This document shows, piece after piece, positions 49,658 through 53,708 of a DNA stretch of 53,708 nt (positions are counted from its first letter, which is position 1; each line of letters starts with the position of its first letter). Below the pieces are notes generated by a model that saw only the letters and a list, made by a program, of their open reading frames with translations, ran no database searches and was not told the origin of the DNA. The DNA lies in contig NC_069008.1 in assembly GCF_001194135.2 (NCBI RefSeq), forward strand, positions 11,062,735 through 11,116,442. Reading direction: 5' to 3'. The stretch is from Octopus bimaculoides (lineage: Eukaryota). The position numbers and the translations under genes are program-made.

Positions 49658-49823
49658 NNNNNNNNNNNNNNNNNNNNNNNNNNNNNNNNNNNNNNNNNNN
49701 NNNNNNNNNNNNNNNNNNNNNNNNNNNNNNNNNNNNNNNNNNNNNNNNNNNNNNNNNNNNNNNNNNNNNNNNNNNNNNNNNNNNNNNNNNNNNNNNNNNN
49801 NNNNNNNNNNNNNNNNNNNNNNN

Positions 49824-49920
<97 letters not shown>

Positions 49921-50699
49921 CAGATATATAAGATGGATGTGTGTGTGTGTGTGTGCGTGTGCGTGTGTGTGTGTGTGTGTGCGTGTGCGTGTGTGTGTGT
50001 GTATGTGTGTGTGTGAATTCTACACTGCTTATAGCACCATCTGCTCTTTGACAATATTTCTCTCCGGCATTCAAAACATCTTTCTCACTTCATCCTTCTC
50101 CTAGGTTATTGACCTCACTAACATCAATGACCACAATTATTCTTGTCCCCAAACTCTCTCTCTCTCTCTCTTTCTCTCTCTCCCTCTCTCTCTCTTTCTC
50201 TCTCTCCCTCTCTCTCTCTTTCTCTCTCTCCCTCTCTCTCTCCTCCTTCTCTCTCTTTCTCTCTCTCTTTCCCTCTCTCCCTCTCTCTCTCTCCCACTCT
50301 CTCTCTCCTCCTTCTCGCTCTCTCTCTCTCACTCAACCTCATCTGTCTACCTTACTTGCTTTTATACCATTTACACATCACTGACCGACATACACTTCTA
50401 ACAACCTTGATCTATTTCTTACATCTCACTGTTAACCTCTTAAAATTCAATCTCTGGATCATCACTACTTTATCACATCTGTTCCTCTTCACCATACATC
50501 TACATTGGTCCACTCTGAGCATATACTTGTAGATAGGAGGAGGACAACTGGGGTAGAGTAAATTCCTTAGCATTCACGTAACTGTGCTTTTTGAGGGGTT
50601 TCCACATGTAGCCCTCAGGGTTTCCCACTAACAGAGGAATTTTTTATTATCTTATTGTTTTATTTATATATTTTTGCTATTTCTCTAGTTTGTTCTTTT

Positions 50700-51070
50700 A
50701 TTCTTTTACTTGCTCCAGTCATTTGACTGTGGCCATGCAGGAGCACCACCTTGAAGGGTTTTAGTTGAACAAATCAACCTCAGGGTTTATTTTTTTAAGC
50801 CTAGTACTTGTTCTATTGGTCTCTTTTACCAAACTTCTAAGTTACAGGAATGTAAACACACCAACACCAGTTGTCAAGCAGTGATGGGAGGACAGACACA
50901 AAGACACACACTCACACATACATGACAGGCTTCCTCCTACTATCAAATTCACTCACAAAGCTTTGGTCAACCTAAGGCTATAGTAGAAGATACTTGTCCA
51001 AGGTGCCATGCAGTGGGAGTGAACCTGGAACCATGTGGTTGAGAAGCAAGCTTCTTACCACACAGTCACA
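50700..51070 (-). mobile_element. SINE family A, near full length
   Basis: Reverse match to head, core and tail. Confidence 0.75.
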
Positions 51071-51229
51071 CATGTGTATATTGTTTACATGTGTTTTATT
51101 TAATCTTACACTGTATCATTCCATACTATCTGCAACTGAGCTGGTTCAGCAAGCATTGAGTCAATGCTGCTGAAGGCTTATTTATGCTCGACTGGCCACA
51201 TCATCAAAATAACTGACATCCATGTACCC

Positions 51230-51560
51230 AGATAGCTGTTGTAAGGCGAGCTCACACAAAGCAAGCAAAGAAGGCCTAAACTGAGGTACAAGAACACCCT
51301 GAAAAGTAACCTCAAATGGAGCAACATTAGACGGTGCAAACTTGAAACCTTTGCTGCAGATAGATTAGCATGGAGATCTCTCACCTCACGAGCAGCAGCT
51401 GCTTTCAAAGAGGATTGGTGACAGCATCTGGCAGCTGCAAGAGGAAGATATCACAATGCAGCATCTGCCACAATCCAGTCAGCAGACTATCATTAGGACA
51501 CCTATAGGTGCGTGTGCGCTTCCAGCTTTGGACTGCAGAGTCACATGTACTCTCATCACG
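51230..51560 (+). mobile_element. RTE (BovB-like) LINE C-terminal fragment
   Basis: GEL..RRPKLRYKNTLKSNLK..LETFAADRLAWR..C.S..GLQSH zinc-knuckle-like end. Confidence 0.65.
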
Positions 51561-51715
51561 GAGTACACAGACTTTGTCATCGTCAGACACCAATGGACTA
51601 CCGGCATCCTTGATCTTATTTGTCAACCCTTCTGGTTAATAAAGAAATTATTAGGAGAAAGACAACTAGTTTTAAATTTCTGATTGAGATCTATGTAGTA
51701 ACAATACTGAATAAC

Positions 51716-51879
51716 AAAGCTTATTTGCCAACATAATATGGCAGTCCTCAATAGGACTATGTTACTTGGTTTATCGATACATGTCAATAAACTACCTGGA
51801 AAAGATGTTTCCTTGGGGGTTAAAAAGTAGTAACATAGTTCTATTCAGGACTGCCATATTATGTTGGCAAATAAGCTTT
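51716..51879. mobile_element. Short MITE/fold-back, 51 bp inverted arms
   Basis: aaagcttatttgccaacataatatggcagtcct..actatgttact mirrored at 51829-51879. Confidence 0.75.
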
Positions 51880-52170
51880 ACTAAAGAAATTATAATTATT
51901 ATTATAAATAGTCCCCCTCTGGTTGCTTCATATGAACTTCTATTGCACAACCTGGTGCACCTCTGTATTCCTAAGATGTGAACAGTGTTGTGTTCTTATT
52001 TTCATGAAGATTGCAGGAGTATAGACGCTCCAATTGATGTACTGGACCAGTTTGTTGCATTTTGCAGTTTAGTTTCTGGCTTCTTGTTATATTAGTGTAT
52101 GTAATGTTATGTGAGTTGTGTTGTTTTTGGTTTTTAGGTGTTTATTGTATAGAATGTGAGTGTGTGTGTG

Positions 52171-52208
<38 letters not shown>

Positions 52209-52379
52209 GTTCTGTTTTAGCTATTTTATGAAATTGATAGTTTTGAGCAAGATGTGGGCTCTTCTTAGCAGAGTTATTTTTTGGGGCATGTGAATGGTAT
52301 TATTATTATCATTAAGAAAACATCATCATCATAACTAAGATTATTACTATTATTATTATTATTATTATCATTATTATGA

Positions 52380-52545
52380 AGAAGGTGAGCTGGCAGAAAC
52401 GTTACCATGCTGGATGAAATGCTTAGAGGTATTTCACCCATCGCTACATTCTGAGTTCAAATTATGCCAAGGTCGACTTTACTTTTCATCCTTTCGTGGT
52501 TGATAAACTAAGTATCAGTGAAACACTGGGGTCAATGTAAACTGG
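52380..52545 (+). mobile_element. SINE family B copy
   Basis: ggtgagctggcagaaacgtta..gagttcaaatt..ggtcgactttacttttcatcc; follows (att)n. Confidence 0.7.
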
Positions 52546-52779
52546 TTAAGGTCAAGCAACTGGCAAGCAAATCTATGATATTGAGCAGAACATTTGGTGC
52601 TGCCCATCTTTTAAACCAAGACAAAACTTGTACATGATAACACTTTTAATCAGCTAAGATGAGAAGCCATGAGAGTCAGTGGCTTATTATTATTATTATT
52701 ATTATTTATTTTTTTTATCATCATCATCATTATTTTTATTATTATTATCATTTTCATATATACTGAAGAAATTGGACTG

Positions 52780-53559
52780 TTGGAAAAGAAAAGAATCCTA
52801 ACATCAGGCTACAAGTAACCTTAGATGTCAAGAACCTGCCTTTTGTGTTACAGCAAGTAACCTTAGATGTCAAGAACCCTCCTAAGTATCCTACCTGTCC
52901 CTAATAATACTGTTTTCTGGAGCTCTACTAAACTGGGTTTTATGCCTATTTCCTCTATCCATCTGTTCAGATCTTTAGGGTTAGTTCCTAATGCACCTAT
53001 AACTACTGGGATACATTTTACCTACACTTTCCATAGTCTCCGTAATTCAATAACTAGGTCCTGGTACTTTGCTATTTTTTCTATACTTCTCATATTAATT
53101 TTGTCATCATTTGGGACTGTAAAGTCAATTATCTGGCACTTTCTATAACTCTACATTGAATTCCTTCTTAGTTCTTCCGTCTAGCTTTGCTAATTCAGTT
53201 TTTATCCAATCTACAAAGGCTGCTGAGTATCTAAGTAATTCTACTGCCCAAGTATTTACAGCCTTCACTAGATTCGGACCATTTCGCTTTGACTTCATTA
53301 GCTTCCTCACCCTTCTGTTGTACTCCTTCTCAATTTTCATTTTCTTTTCGGTAGTTAGTACTCTTGTCAGATTCTAATACTCATAGATACTTATAGCTCT
53401 CTCCTCCTTTCAATGATTTTAATGTCCGGCAATCTGGTATTTGGATGCTTCTGCTGCTGACTACCTGCTCCCTACTCATGACTAATTTTGGACACTTATC
53501 TATGCCAAATTATCCATGCCTATATCTTTGCTCTTTTACAGTCTGTTTTAAAGAATCTA

Positions 53560-53560
<1 letters not shown>
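52780..53560 (-). mobile_element. R4/Dong-like LINE, internally deleted
   Basis: KEYNRRVRKLMKSKRNGPNLVKAVNTWAVELLRY..LDGRTKK joined directly to IGALGT..ELQKTVLLGTGRILRRVLDI*; (TAA)n-rich tract beyond the 3' end. Confidence 0.8.

Positions 53561-53708
<148 letters not shown>

Overview
AT-rich, repeat-saturated eukaryotic non-coding DNA from a gapped draft assembly (14 N-runs, about 5.9 kb, plus an Illumina adapter remnant). The SINE families and microsatellite load suggest a coleoid cephalopod, probably Octopus (inference). I can support no intact host protein-coding gene: the ORF track is mostly microsatellite or N-run translation, and the protein-like segments are decayed transposon genes. 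These comprise a gag-less Ty3/Gypsy LTR element, RTE-clade LINE fragments, R4/Dong-like LINE fragments, mariner, Tc1/Tc3 and Merlin transposase relics, four tRNA-derived SINE families and several fold-back/MITE elements. The best lead is a dispersed family of type I hammerhead-ribozyme-like motifs (four complete copies, two partial). They have a long stem II, a conserved non-canonical U-U pair at its base and compensatory base changes between copies. Separate minimal Penelope-type hammerhead relics also occur. Other leads are R4-like LINEs tied to (TACA)n, a SINE tandem array, a TTAA-flanked MITE, a CpG-rich promoter-like patch and one strong orphan splice acceptor. Boundaries of decayed elements are approximate.
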